Source of the DNA: a virus
Lineage: Duplodnaviria > Caudoviricetes
Reading direction: 5' to 3' (one strand)
IMG/VR virus record: IMGVR_UViG_3300036778_000085
Span: 1-46,924 of that record
Length of the DNA stretch: 46,924 nt
This document shows positions 26,660 through 36,875 of this stretch, piece after piece (position 1 is the stretch's first letter; the number at the start of each line of letters is the position of its first letter). Made by a program: the position numbers and the translations under genes. The notes beneath the pieces were generated by a model. The model was not told where the DNA came from and did no database searches. It saw nothing but the letters and a program-made list of their open reading frames with translations.

Positions 26660-28152
26660 TGCGAATAATCCGCACTCATGAAATGGACCCAAGTCAACTT
26701 AGTCCTTGGGAAACTGATCAATGCTACAACGGCCTCGATATCTGTGTCACCCACGATGTTTTCGCCGCGACAATCGATCAACTCGACGAGCACACGCGGC
26801 CAAAGTATGAATTCTCCAAGGCCCTCCAAGCGCCCGTCCTCGAAATGCGCCTCCGCGGCTGCCTCGTTGATCTTGCCCGCCGCGCCGATGTCATCGATAT
26901 GTTCTTCGAACAAATGGAGATCATCGAGGCCCAACTCAACCGCATCGTCTTCGACGGTGTCGGCATGCTCGACTTCAACTGGCGCTCCCCCAAACTTGTG
27001 GGGGAGCTTTTCTATTCCCATCTCGGTCTGCCTAAAGGCCGCAACGGCTCAACCGACCGCACGGCGCGCGAGCGTCTTGAGGTCTATCCCATCGCTGAGC
27101 AGATTGTCAAACATATTAACATTCTTGCTGATCTAGGCAAGAAAGTCTCCGCGCTCAAGACTGATCTCGACAACGACAACCGTATCCGAACTTCGTATAA
27201 CATCGCCGGAACATCCACGGCCCGCTTCTCCAGTTCTCAGTCCGAGTTCGGCGCCGGCGGCAATCTCCAAAACATCGAAGAATCCCTCCGATCCATCTTC
27301 ATCGCCGACCCCGGGATGAAGTTCGCCAAGTTCGATGCTAAGTCCGGCGAGAGCTACTGCGTCGGTGCCATAGAATGGAACCTGTTCAATGACCCTACCT
27401 ATCTTGACGCAGTCGAATCTGGAGACGTCCACACCGCTGTTGCTAGGATATGCTGGCCCAATCTGCCCTGGACAGGAGATCTCAATAAAGACAAATCGAT
27501 CGCAGAGCAACCCTACTATCGACATTATACTTATCGATTTATGTGTAAGAAGCTCGGCCACGGCTCAAATTACGGTGGTCAGCCTCAGACTCTCTCTGAA
27601 CAAAGCAAGCTCCCCATCAACGTAGTCGCCGACTTCCAACCGAAGTACTTCGGCGCCTTCCCCGCACATCAGCGCTGGCATAACTGGGTCGACGCCACCC
27701 TCCGCTCCCAAGGCTGCCTCGTCTCCTTGATGGGCCGCAAGCGCCACTTCTTCAAACGCCGCTCTGAAGCCAAAACCCTCCGCGAAGCCATTGCCTACGA
27801 CCCTCAGTCTTCCCTCGCCGACATCGTCAACACCGCCCTGATCAACCTTTGGCGCCTCAACATCGCAATCGTCATGTTCCAAGACCACGACGCCCTCACC
27901 TTCATGTATCCTGAAAAGAACGAAGCGCAAGTCGTAGCCGAGATCCAGCGCCATCTTGTGGTGCCGGTCGAACTCAACTCCGGCCGCATCTTGCGCATTC
28001 CCTACGATTGCAAGACAGGGTGGAACAAAGGTGACTACAGTGAGAAGAACCCCGGCGGTCTCAAAGACTTCTACGGCGAAGACAAACGGAAGCGGCCGCC
28101 GAAAATTAACGTCCTGGATCGGATCCTTCATGGAGGAAACGGCCGGACTTGA
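26659..28152 (+). CDS. polA: Family A DNA polymerase (ExoIII plus polymerase domain)
   Basis: YNGLD, TARFSSS, NLQNI, motif A DAKSGE, motif B KKLGHGSNYG, motif C QDHDA. Confidence 0.92.
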   Translation: MRIIRTHEMDPSQLSPWETDQCYNGLDICVTHDVFAATIDQLDEHTRPKYEFSKALQAPVLEMRLRGCLVDLARRADVIDMFFEQMEIIEAQLNRIVFDGVGMLDFNWRSPKLVGELFYSHLGLPKGRNGSTDRTARERLEVYPIAEQIVKHINILADLGKKVSALKTDLDNDNRIRTSYNIAGTSTARFSSSQSEFGAGGNLQNIEESLRSIFIADPGMKFAKFDAKSGESYCVGAIEWNLFNDPTYLDAVESGDVHTAVARICWPNLPWTGDLNKDKSIAEQPYYRHYTYRFMCKKLGHGSNYGGQPQTLSEQSKLPINVVADFQPKYFGAFPAHQRWHNWVDATLRSQGCLVSLMGRKRHFFKRRSEAKTLREAIAYDPQSSLADIVNTALINLWRLNIAIVMFQDHDALTFMYPEKNEAQVVAEIQRHLVVPVELNSGRILRIPYDCKTGWNKGDYSEKNPGGLKDFYGEDKRKRPPKINVLDRILHGGNGRT

Positions 28153-29286
28153 GGCGCCAGGGTTGTTCAGAAAATGGGCGGCGATCTCCACCGTCGCCGC
28201 CGCTCTTGAACAGAAGGTCTGGATAATGTCACCAACGGTGCTCCATCCGAACCTCTACGTGATGATCATCGGCCACCCTGGTACCGGTAAGACTCGAACG
28301 ATTCGTGTCAGCCGCGCCCTCTACGCCGGGTTAACCGAGCCGCACCTCGCACCTTTGTCAATGACCTGGAGCTCCCTCGTCGATTGCATGACCACCTCAA
28401 AGCGAATCATCATCCAGCCGCCCGGCGATCCTTTGGAATACCAATCGCTCTACATCTGTGCCGACGAGATCGGCACCTTTATTCACAAATACGAGAACGA
28501 GATGACCGATGGACTATCTCACTTCTATGATGCTGGACCTTATTCCCAACAGCGAAGAACTAATGATCTTAAGATCAAGATACCCATGGGCCATCTCAAC
28601 CTATTATGCGGGAGTACTCCTCAGAATCTTACCGCCCTCATGCCTGAGAAAGCTTGGGGACAGGGATTTACTTCCCGCGTTATCATGGTATTCAGCGATG
28701 AAAGAACAATTGGAGATGATTTCGCGCCCCGCATCGAGACAAAGCTTGAAGACCTCGCTTATGATCTCAGTGTCATCAACAACCTTATCGGCCAGTTCAC
28801 AGTCACCGAGCAGTTCCGCGATGCTGTCAATAACTGGAGAGCCCTAGGCGAACCACCGACCCCAAATCATCCGCGACTCCTACATTACGTCACCCGGCGC
28901 AAAGCACAGTTATACAAACTCGCTATGGTCGCTAGTGTGGATCGAGACAACGCCCTCGTTCTCACTGCGGCAGACTTCAACACCGCCCTTGGTTGGCTGA
29001 TCGAAGCCGAAGGCGAGATGCCCGCGATCTTCCAAGCCGGCGCCGCAAACGCAGACGCCCAAGCCATGGACGAGATCCTCACTATGTGAAGATCAACGAC
29101 CGCGGCCAGGGCGTGTCAGAGCAACGAATTACAAAGTTCGCGCGGGATTATATCCCGTTGCATTCAATAATGCGCGTCGTCGAAATCATGGAGCGCTCGG
29201 GAATGATCTCCTGTATTGGCACCGACCGCCGCTCACAAGTTCGGTACTTCTCACCGGTCAAGGGCGAGTCGATCACCCTTCAGTGA
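28031..29286 (+). CDS. DUF3987/YfjI-like P-loop helicase, frameshifted near 29080
   Basis: SWI...EAP...FRKWAAIS, PNLYVMIIGHPGTGKT, ADEIG, GFTSRVI; winged-helix-like tail continues in the -1 frame; start uncertain. Confidence 0.78.
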
Positions 29287-29772
29287 ACCGTATTTGTCAG
29301 GGATCGCCAACTCACCGTGCGGCCCCTCGCGGTGACTCTGGTCGGTGATCCGCTCTTGGATCACCGCCAGATTCTTATCAAGATTCGACAGCTGTTTCTG
29401 CTGATCAGTGTTCTGATTCGTCGAATCCGATTGCCACTTCGCTAGTTGATCCCGCAGCTGCACATTGCCCTGGCGCATAACATTAAGTTGTTCCTCCAAA
29501 GCTTGAATGTCCTTCGATTGCGACTGAAGCTGCTCCGTGACTTGGACCTTGAACGAGTCGAAACTCGTCTGAAACTGCTGATACCCCACCATTGTGTTGA
29601 AGCCCCAGCCGGCCATCCCTGCGATCACCGCCGCCAGGGCGAAGACCAAAGTCTGTATATTGATGGTGAAATCCATAAACCCGCGCGGCTTCGGCACCGG
29701 GCCAGCGAACTCATTCATCATCTTCTTCAGTCTCGCTAGGTCATCGGGCGCCCAGACTTTGCCTTCCGTCAC
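29251..29772 (-). CDS. Membrane-anchored coiled-coil protein (possible i-spanin or lysis accessory)
   Basis: One TM segment then a Gln-rich coiled coil; last gene of the lysis cassette. Confidence 0.6.
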   Translation of the reverse strand: MTEGKVWAPDDLARLKKMMNEFAGPVPKPRGFMDFTINIQTLVFALAAVIAGMAGWGFNTMVGYQQFQTSFDSFKVQVTEQLQSQSKDIQALEEQLNVMRQGNVQLRDQLAKWQSDSTNQNTDQQKQLSNLDKNLAVIQERITDQSHREGPHGELAIPDKYGSLKGDRLALDR

Positions 29773-29914
29773 ATCGAACTCCCGCCGTTCCGTGCTGTCC
29801 GTCTAAAGTCTCAAATGGTATCGGCCGAATGTGGCAGACCTTCGGGTCCACCCGCACTTGCTGTGTGTGGCAGCCTAACGCCACCACACACGCAAAGACC
29901 GTCGCCAGGATCAG
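29741..29914 (-). CDS. Possible small lipoprotein (o-spanin-like), CTG start
   Basis: AGGA RBS then LILATVFACVVALG|C; fills the intergenic gap. Confidence 0.35.
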   Translation of the reverse strand: MILATVFACVVALGCHTQQVRVDPKVCHIRPIPFETLDGQHGTAGVRCDGRQSLGAR

Positions 29915-30132
29915 GGCGCGTCCTGCGGCAAAGTCGTGGCGTTGAGCTGTGCTGTCAGCGACGCTTCTTGCGCGAGATTGGCCGCCCGCTGATCCTCGGT
30001 CAGCTGGGTCTTCCCCGTTAAAATGTCATAGGCCTGTGTCATATATGGAATGACTTCGCCGCCGAGTGCAGCCAACATCTGGCCTATGTTCAAAATTGCC
30101 GCGGCGTCCGCGATGATTGTTGCCGGATCCAT
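29911..30132 (-). CDS. Small hypothetical lysis-cassette protein
   Basis: TAATG overlap; amphipathic N-terminus. Confidence 0.65.
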   Translation of the reverse strand: MDPATIIADAAAILNIGQMLAALGGEVIPYMTQAYDILTGKTQLTEDQRAANLAQEASLTAQLNATTLPQDAP

Positions 30133-30533
30133 TACAGTGTTCCTACGGTTGCGACGATACCTTCGGCCGTCGAGATCAACGAATTCAGCACGGTGAATTC
30201 AGCCACAACGCCCGTTTGATTACCGGCGTTGATCATTCCTTGGATGTTGTTGAACTCAGCAATGACTTGTGAATTCACCCCTTGCAGTTTGGCGACAACA
30301 CTGCGGTCGGCGCAGGGCTTCAACAAAGTGGCCGCCGTGCCCGTGGCACAATACCCAAGTTGGCGATACTTCGCGGCCGGCGCCAACACCGCTCCGTCGT
30401 ACGCAGCGCGAGCCGCGTCGAGATTGTTCTGGTTCGTGACCGCTGATGTCCCTGTCTCCAAGGTATCGAGGGCCGCGCAACCGCCAAGGCTCAACGCCAG
30501 GGCCGCCGCCAAAAGATATATTTTCATCTTCAC
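30132..30533 (-). CDS. Lipoprotein
   Basis: MKMKIYLLAAALALSLGG|C lipobox. Confidence 0.8.
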   Translation of the reverse strand: MKMKIYLLAAALALSLGGCAALDTLETGTSAVTNQNNLDAARAAYDGAVLAPAAKYRQLGYCATGTAATLLKPCADRSVVAKLQGVNSQVIAEFNNIQGMINAGNQTGVVAEFTVLNSLISTAEGIVATVGTL

Positions 30534-30895
30534 TGATCCTTCTTCGCTTGGAGCTTGCCGACTTCGCCGACGACAAACTGCTTCAGGGTGTTCTGCGATA
30601 CCCCGGAAGCCTTGACCACATCCGGGTTCCTCGCGGCGATATTCGCGGCGGCCACCGAAACTTCCGGGCTGGTCGCCGTCACCACCTTCGACTTCAAGTT
30701 ATCTTCCGCTTGTGCCACAAGGGCGCCCGCTTCAGTAGCGGCAGCGCCCTTTAGTTTGTCTACATACGTCTGTTGAATTTGGATCCCGGTCCATTTCTGA
30801 AAATAGTACACCGCGGCGGCCACACCAAGACCTACCACGACCTGGACAATGTCCGTGATGGCGGCCTGCGTCGTAGCTGATGTGATGAAATCCAT
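30530..30895 (-). CDS. Probable holin
   Basis: Single N-terminal TM segment then helical domain; next to the endolysin. Confidence 0.6.
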   Translation of the reverse strand: MDFITSATTQAAITDIVQVVVGLGVAAAVYYFQKWTGIQIQQTYVDKLKGAAATEAGALVAQAEDNLKSKVVTATSPEVSVAAANIAARNPDVVKASGVSQNTLKQFVVGEVGKLQAKKDQ

Positions 30896-31452
30896 TAGCT
30901 CACCTTTATTGTAGGGTCGAGTTCGATCATTGACCTAAGCAACGCGGCACAGCCGATTTGCTTATCCACGGCGGCCGGGTCGAAATGTCCGTCCGCAATG
31001 AATTTCCCCGAGCGGTACTGATCAGTCCCGGCCCAGATATACGGCGAGGCCACGCCGCGATGGGCGTACCCTAGACCGTTGTATTCTTCCAGAAGAGTAA
31101 GGGTCCCACCCGCTGACCAGTTTTTCCACAAGGCCGGCTTCGGCCCACAGTGGATCATAGCGTACGCGGCAGCCTGCGCCCAACTCTGGAACGGTCCGAT
31201 CCCACGTGGGACGTGGATTGACACTCGATTCCAGGGATCACCCTGCGCGAGATTCGCCGCCCAGCTTTGACTCGATTCACGTTCATGGATCACCGCCACA
31301 ACCCACCACGGCACTTTGGTCAGTGCCGTGACCGCTTGATAGCGTAGCTTGGCGCTGACAAGGGCCTTGGCTTGTCGAAGCATTGGCACCTCTACCTTAT
31401 ATTTCGCCCTGATCCAGCGATATCCGTTTATCTTGATCAATTCTTCCATCAT
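30895..31452 (-). CDS. Endolysin (lysozyme-family, COG5526-like)
   Basis: VIHERES, LAQGDP, EEYNGLGY, SPYIWAGT, GKFIADG, DKQIG. Confidence 0.85.
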   Translation of the reverse strand: MMEELIKINGYRWIRAKYKVEVPMLRQAKALVSAKLRYQAVTALTKVPWWVVAVIHERESSQSWAANLAQGDPWNRVSIHVPRGIGPFQSWAQAAAYAMIHCGPKPALWKNWSAGGTLTLLEEYNGLGYAHRGVASPYIWAGTDQYRSGKFIADGHFDPAAVDKQIGCAALLRSMIELDPTIKVS

Positions 31453-34400
31453 CGGCGGGGCTCCTTCAGCGTACCTGAACTCAGGCCATGGACCCAGTCC
31501 CACGGCCCCTTCGGATGCTCGATGCCGGAATGGACACCAAGTGCGAATCTCGCGGCGCGGCCCTCGGTTTCATTAGTCAGCCCGGTTGCTGTCCCGATGA
31601 ACCCCGAGGCGTCTTGGATCAGCCGCCCGGCGTGTTCCTTGTTAAAAGGTTGCTTCTTGCCGAAATCGCGCCAGAGGTCAGTCCCAGTCTTCAGCGCGGT
31701 CCCGCCCAGTCCAAGAGTCGGATCGCGCCCCGAGACTATAGCCGAGGTGAAGTCACGCACACCGACCCATGAGGCGCCGCCGGTTTCGAGCAGAGCCTTC
31801 CCAGCTTTCTTAGCCCATGACTCATTATCGTTGATCTGCCCTGAGACAATCTGCTCAATCAAGGCTGGCGCGATCGCATACGCGAAGATCATCCCGGCCA
31901 TCTTCGGAACTTCCTTGAACGCCGAGGCATACTGCCCTTCCTTGACCATATCGGTCATCTCGCCGGCCTTCCATACCATCTCCATTTGACGATTGAGAAT
32001 GTGCGAGAAGAACCCATACACCGAGGTGAACCACGGATTGGAATCTCGAACAATGCTCGGCCGCGATGTAATCGCCGACGACCCATGTGCGCGCCGGATC
32101 GCCCGGTCGGCCTCGTAGACCCCGTCGCCGTGTGAGCCGCCCTGCTCAATCGCGCTCTTGTACGCCGCTGACCACGTCGGCACCGCCGACAACAGGTCCG
32201 ACATCGCCACCGGGTAGCTCCCATACTTCATGATTGTGCGTCGAAGGCTTTCGAACTTCGAGCTCGGGACCATACTCTGTACAGCACCCGAGATCGTCTC
32301 CTGGTAATGTTGGTGCCGGCGCTGGAGCTCTTGAGAGTTCGCCATCGCGAATTGCCAATTGGTCTCTCCTGTGGCGTCGTTGATCGACAGCAGGCCTTTG
32401 GTCGCAGAAAGAAAGTTCCCGGCGCCCACTTCGTTGATCGATTGAATAAACGCAGTCGGGCCATGTTTGAGTACGGTATGGGGGTTCAAGCCGACCAAGG
32501 TCCCGATCATATTCTGCCGGGTGAACTCCAACATCCCCGATGCGCTTTGTTGTGCCTTCGACATGAAGTTCGAGTTGTTGGCGACATCGCGAAGATAGGG
32601 CACGAGAAGGTCTTTGTACTCCTTACCGTAGTGCCCACTGACTGTCGCCTGGATCTTCGGATCGTACAGGATTTTCGACGCGTTTAAGATCGCCGGCCGC
32701 AGCGCCGTGTCATGTATAACCTGCTTCATTCGGTTCGGCAACCGGTCAAGGTCAAGCGCCACCGGGCCTACGTATCCAGTCCGCTGTTGAGTATATCCGG
32801 CCGGGGTTGTCGCTCGGACGTAGCCTTGTTCTTCGAGCGGGCCCTTACCGATCAAGGCCTTGGATCGTTGACCTTCCTCGGCATAGATCACTGGGTAATA
32901 TCCACCGCGGTAGGTTCCATGCGGCGTTACCACCGGGGTGGCCTCGATCGATTCTGGCGCCACCCCGCCTGACAGTGATCGATACATCGTGTCCGACTTG
33001 GCCTTGAGCTCACCGAACAAATCCCAAACCTTTTGGACGAACTCCCAGTCTTCCTTCTTGGCGACAGTGTGGATCCAATCCATGACCTGGGATTTCTTCA
33101 ACCCGCGGCCCACTGCAAGTTTCGTCAGGTTCGAGTCATTGCCGACGTTGAGCATGATCGCTCGGAGATTCCCCCGAGTCAGCTTGAGCCGTTGCCCTGC
33201 TCCAATCATCGACCGGAAGATCGGGTTGTCCACCTGTTTCGACAAGTCGGCCTTGTCACTGATCGCGGTCAACTTCTTCGCGTACTCTTTGATCCAGGCG
33301 TCCTTTTGATTCGCCCCGTCGATCAGGTCGCGCATCACAATTTGATTCCACGGGCCCTTCGGATCGTTCTTGTCCCACCGGTTAAGCAAGGTCTCGATCT
33401 GTGTCGACGACGCGATGTAGTTCTTCAGCGCGTTCGACAAGTACTGCGGGAGGATCCACGCAGGCCGCTCGTCTTTGGCGTTATAGGTAAGCTCGGGAAA
33501 TCGCTCAACAGCTTCGGTGAGTTGGCTCTTTGCTTCAGCCAGATCAAGGGCCTCGCCCGCTTTGTACACTCGGCGCTCGTCGCGGCCATTCGCCGCCATG
33601 GTCTTGATCGTATCGCGGACCGAGCGGAACTCCTCGGTGGTCAAGTCTTGATATTGTTTCTTCCACGTAGTGTCATACAGCTGGGGCCACACCGGCATCT
33701 CACGTAGGTCGGCCTCCTTCGATTTCTGGAACTCCTCGATGGATTTCGACGACCCGGCGGCGATACCTTCGGCAAGATCCTGGACTGAACGGTTGACCCT
33801 TTTGCCAATTTGGCCCATCACCTGGTGTATGAAGTTCGTGTACTCGGGCTCCATCCCGGTGATCTCGCGCCGGGCAAAGCCTTTGGTGACTTTGTCGAAC
33901 TGGGCCACCTCCTTTTCGAGCTTGCGCGCCTCGGCTGCAAACAGCGCCGCGGTATACTTCTTCTGCAGGCTCACCACCGCCGAGGCCGGATCATTCCCAA
34001 TCAAGAACTTCTCAGCATCCTTACCATGCCGCCCCATCATATCCATGAAATGGCCCGAGTCGACCGATTTAATCGGCAGCGCCGCGAACTTGTCTTTGAC
34101 GAACTGTTTGATAACCTTCGAGTCGACCGCCTGCGTCCCGGCTTGTTGCGCGGCCGCCTTCATCTCCTCTGACATCAGGTCGAGATTCGTCGATGACAGC
34201 GCGTGGTCCTGGGCCGCCTGCATGATATTGTCTTGAAGCCGGCCGTACCGCTGTTCCATCTGGCGCGCGGTCTCGTCCTTGATAACCTTCTGGACCATTT
34301 CCTCAGAACTGAGATTGCCCCTTAGCTCTGTGTACTGGCCCAGCTTCGCCACCAAAGTGTCACCCGAGCCATAACCGAATAAGTTCGCCACCACGTCGGT

Positions 34401-36875
34401 CGGCAGGCCGTCTTCGCTGTAATACCGCCGCGGCAGCGCCTTCTTCTGTTCATCAGTAAGATCACTCGACAAGAGTTTCGGCCGGCCATCAAGTTTCTCC
34501 CCGAAGAGCTCACCCTTGCCGAGCATCAAATCCGCGGCCACGTCCGGCCGTTGGCGGATGGTCTCGTCCACCTCTTTTCGAACAACCGCTTCGTTATCGC
34601 GCCACTCTTTGGTTTGGCGGCGCGCTTCTTCCTTCGCCGCGCGGGACGTAGCTGCTTCAACATCCTCAGTGAACCTCGACTGGATTAGCTTCTGCAGGCG
34701 GCGCCAGGTCTGTTGATCAAGCCCAGCGGCAGAGGCCTTCATCTGTTCGATTTGCTCTCGGGCCGCGTCAGGAAGTTGGGCCTGTGCCCGGAACACCCCC
34801 TCGTTGATCGGGATCGCCTCGCGACTTGATAGATCGCCTTGGTAGATATGTTCGAAGATATCCTCCGCCGATGGCCCGCGCCCGAGGATCTCACCGAACT
34901 TGGCCTTGATCTTCTCCCATAGGTCTTGCATCTTCTGGAAGATCGTCGTGACTGGGGTCACCGGCTGATCTTTTCGATTCGCCGCCCAGTCTCGATAAGC
35001 CTCGGCGATTGATTCTTCGATCTTGCCTTCCTCTGGCACGCCAAGTCGATCATACCGCGCAGCGATTTGATATCGATCGCCCCACTTCTCGTCTTTTGCT
35101 GCCTTCGAAAGTGTGGCCCATTCGTCTTCGCTGAACATCCCGTATTGGCGCAGCATGTGGATGCCTTCATGGCGCGCTGTGCCCAGGGGATTTTCCGAGA
35201 AAAGATCGTAAAAGATCTTCGGCGCCAGGCTGCTATATTGCATAAACAGGCCGTTTGCGTTGATACCGTGGCCGCGGATGCCCGCCACAGGATAGATATC
35301 GGCCTTGTTGCCGATTGTATGCAGAAGCTCATTGTGAATGGCCTGAGCCAATGCTTGATGCTCAGGCGAGAAATCCTTTAGCGGCTTGAAATTCGCTTCG
35401 AAGTTCGCCCCGAGATTCTTCCAATGAGCCGCTTCAAGAGTGTTTCGAAAATGAGTGTATTCATTCCCTGCCTCGATGGTGTCCCATCCTGAAGCTGCCA
35501 AGGGTCGCCCGGCGATCGTCCCAGCTTCAGGGAAGGCCAGCGCCAGTTGTTTGTAGAGGTCTTGGGCCGCTGATGGACCTAAGGTCTCAGGGTCGATTGA
35601 CATCCCGTTGAGCTTGAGATCGCCGTCTTCAACCACGGCGTCGAGAGTACCAATCGGCGCCCCGGTTCCGTCTTTGATCTGGCCACCGTCGAACTCCAGC
35701 TTACGGTCCCCAATACCATGGAGCGGCTCGGTCGACGTCTGCTCCCTGGCCGCCGTTAATGGAGAGTCCACTGTGGCTTTGGGCTCAACTTCGACCGCGC
35801 CCTCACGGGCAGTGAGGCCCCCAGGCCACATGCGGATATCGTCATGTAGCCCCGATGCCACCGCCGGGTCGACGTTCGAGATCCAATCCGCAGTTGGTAC
35901 TTTAACGTCCGCGCCAGTCTCACGCGCGATAGCAAGCTTATCGGCGATCCCAGGGACCCATCCCAGAAGTCCATCACCAGGCGCCGGCTGCTTGTCTCCA
36001 TAGAGCGCAAGAGCAGCATCTCCATGAATACCAATCTCCGAATTTCCATAGTGTTGCCTCACGAACTGAGAGAACATTTCCGGCGAGCGAGCTTTGGTCG
36101 TCGATAGCTCAGAGTTCTGAAGATCTTGCTCGAGGCCCTCAAGAGCATGGGCATTGATCGCGGCCTTGGCCTTGTCGAGAACAGGGTGGACACCTCTGGG
36201 CGGCTCCATCCCCTCATTGAGCCAGGGCGACGCCGCATGTGCCGCTGAATGTGCCTCAGGCGACATCTCGCCCTTGGACATTTCGTATTCGGTCATCGCC
36301 TGGATATCACGGCCGAACTGCGGCCCGAGGACTTCGGTGCCGGCCGCGCCTGCCCCGTGGGAAATGGCCCCACCGATGGCAGACACGCCGCGCATGAGGA
36401 AATCGAGCGGGACCCACCCCGCTGAATTCAAGGCCGAGCCAAGTGCGGATTGTGGCGCCCCGACCTGTTGACCGAGCGGCTCCGAGCCAAAACCCTCGCG
36501 GGCGCCCTCGGCCACGCCTTGAGCAATGCGACCCCCAGAGTTGAGAACTTTCATCAGCGTCGAAGTCTGCCCGGCCCCCTGTGAGAATTGATCCAAGGCG
36601 CCGTAGTCGTCATTCGACACCTGAGCCGCCAACGGATGTGACCGCACATAGGCGCTCAGCTGCGGATTCCCGGCGATGATCTGCCCAGTCAGCGCTGCCT
36701 TGTGCGCCTTCTCGAATCCTTCGAGATCGCCGTTGATCGAAGTCGACGGCACTCCAGTGGCATTGCTCAGTTCAATGGAGCGCGCCGCCGCATCTGGATC
36801 AGCATCGAGCTGGCCCACCGCTTGAGCGCGGCCAGAGTTAAGCACCGCCGCGACGCTGTCATCATAATCAGTCAT
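31449..36875 (-). CDS. Large internal virion (ejection) protein with zincin-like motif
   Basis: 1808 aa helical protein; RHEGIH...EESIAE; podovirus ejection-protein position. Confidence 0.8.
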   Translation of the reverse strand: MTDYDDSVAAVLNSGRAQAVGQLDADPDAAARSIELSNATGVPSTSINGDLEGFEKAHKAALTGQIIAGNPQLSAYVRSHPLAAQVSNDDYGALDQFSQGAGQTSTLMKVLNSGGRIAQGVAEGAREGFGSEPLGQQVGAPQSALGSALNSAGWVPLDFLMRGVSAIGGAISHGAGAAGTEVLGPQFGRDIQAMTEYEMSKGEMSPEAHSAAHAASPWLNEGMEPPRGVHPVLDKAKAAINAHALEGLEQDLQNSELSTTKARSPEMFSQFVRQHYGNSEIGIHGDAALALYGDKQPAPGDGLLGWVPGIADKLAIARETGADVKVPTADWISNVDPAVASGLHDDIRMWPGGLTAREGAVEVEPKATVDSPLTAAREQTSTEPLHGIGDRKLEFDGGQIKDGTGAPIGTLDAVVEDGDLKLNGMSIDPETLGPSAAQDLYKQLALAFPEAGTIAGRPLAASGWDTIEAGNEYTHFRNTLEAAHWKNLGANFEANFKPLKDFSPEHQALAQAIHNELLHTIGNKADIYPVAGIRGHGINANGLFMQYSSLAPKIFYDLFSENPLGTARHEGIHMLRQYGMFSEDEWATLSKAAKDEKWGDRYQIAARYDRLGVPEEGKIEESIAEAYRDWAANRKDQPVTPVTTIFQKMQDLWEKIKAKFGEILGRGPSAEDIFEHIYQGDLSSREAIPINEGVFRAQAQLPDAAREQIEQMKASAAGLDQQTWRRLQKLIQSRFTEDVEAATSRAAKEEARRQTKEWRDNEAVVRKEVDETIRQRPDVAADLMLGKGELFGEKLDGRPKLLSSDLTDEQKKALPRRYYSEDGLPTDVVANLFGYGSGDTLVAKLGQYTELRGNLSSEEMVQKVIKDETARQMEQRYGRLQDNIMQAAQDHALSSTNLDLMSEEMKAAAQQAGTQAVDSKVIKQFVKDKFAALPIKSVDSGHFMDMMGRHGKDAEKFLIGNDPASAVVSLQKKYTAALFAAEARKLEKEVAQFDKVTKGFARREITGMEPEYTNFIHQVMGQIGKRVNRSVQDLAEGIAAGSSKSIEEFQKSKEADLREMPVWPQLYDTTWKKQYQDLTTEEFRSVRDTIKTMAANGRDERRVYKAGEALDLAEAKSQLTEAVERFPELTYNAKDERPAWILPQYLSNALKNYIASSTQIETLLNRWDKNDPKGPWNQIVMRDLIDGANQKDAWIKEYAKKLTAISDKADLSKQVDNPIFRSMIGAGQRLKLTRGNLRAIMLNVGNDSNLTKLAVGRGLKKSQVMDWIHTVAKKEDWEFVQKVWDLFGELKAKSDTMYRSLSGGVAPESIEATPVVTPHGTYRGGYYPVIYAEEGQRSKALIGKGPLEEQGYVRATTPAGYTQQRTGYVGPVALDLDRLPNRMKQVIHDTALRPAILNASKILYDPKIQATVSGHYGKEYKDLLVPYLRDVANNSNFMSKAQQSASGMLEFTRQNMIGTLVGLNPHTVLKHGPTAFIQSINEVGAGNFLSATKGLLSINDATGETNWQFAMANSQELQRRHQHYQETISGAVQSMVPSSKFESLRRTIMKYGSYPVAMSDLLSAVPTWSAAYKSAIEQGGSHGDGVYEADRAIRRAHGSSAITSRPSIVRDSNPWFTSVYGFFSHILNRQMEMVWKAGEMTDMVKEGQYASAFKEVPKMAGMIFAYAIAPALIEQIVSGQINDNESWAKKAGKALLETGGASWVGVRDFTSAIVSGRDPTLGLGGTALKTGTDLWRDFGKKQPFNKEHAGRLIQDASGFIGTATGLTNETEGRAARFALGVHSGIEHPKGPWDWVHGLSSGTLKEPRR

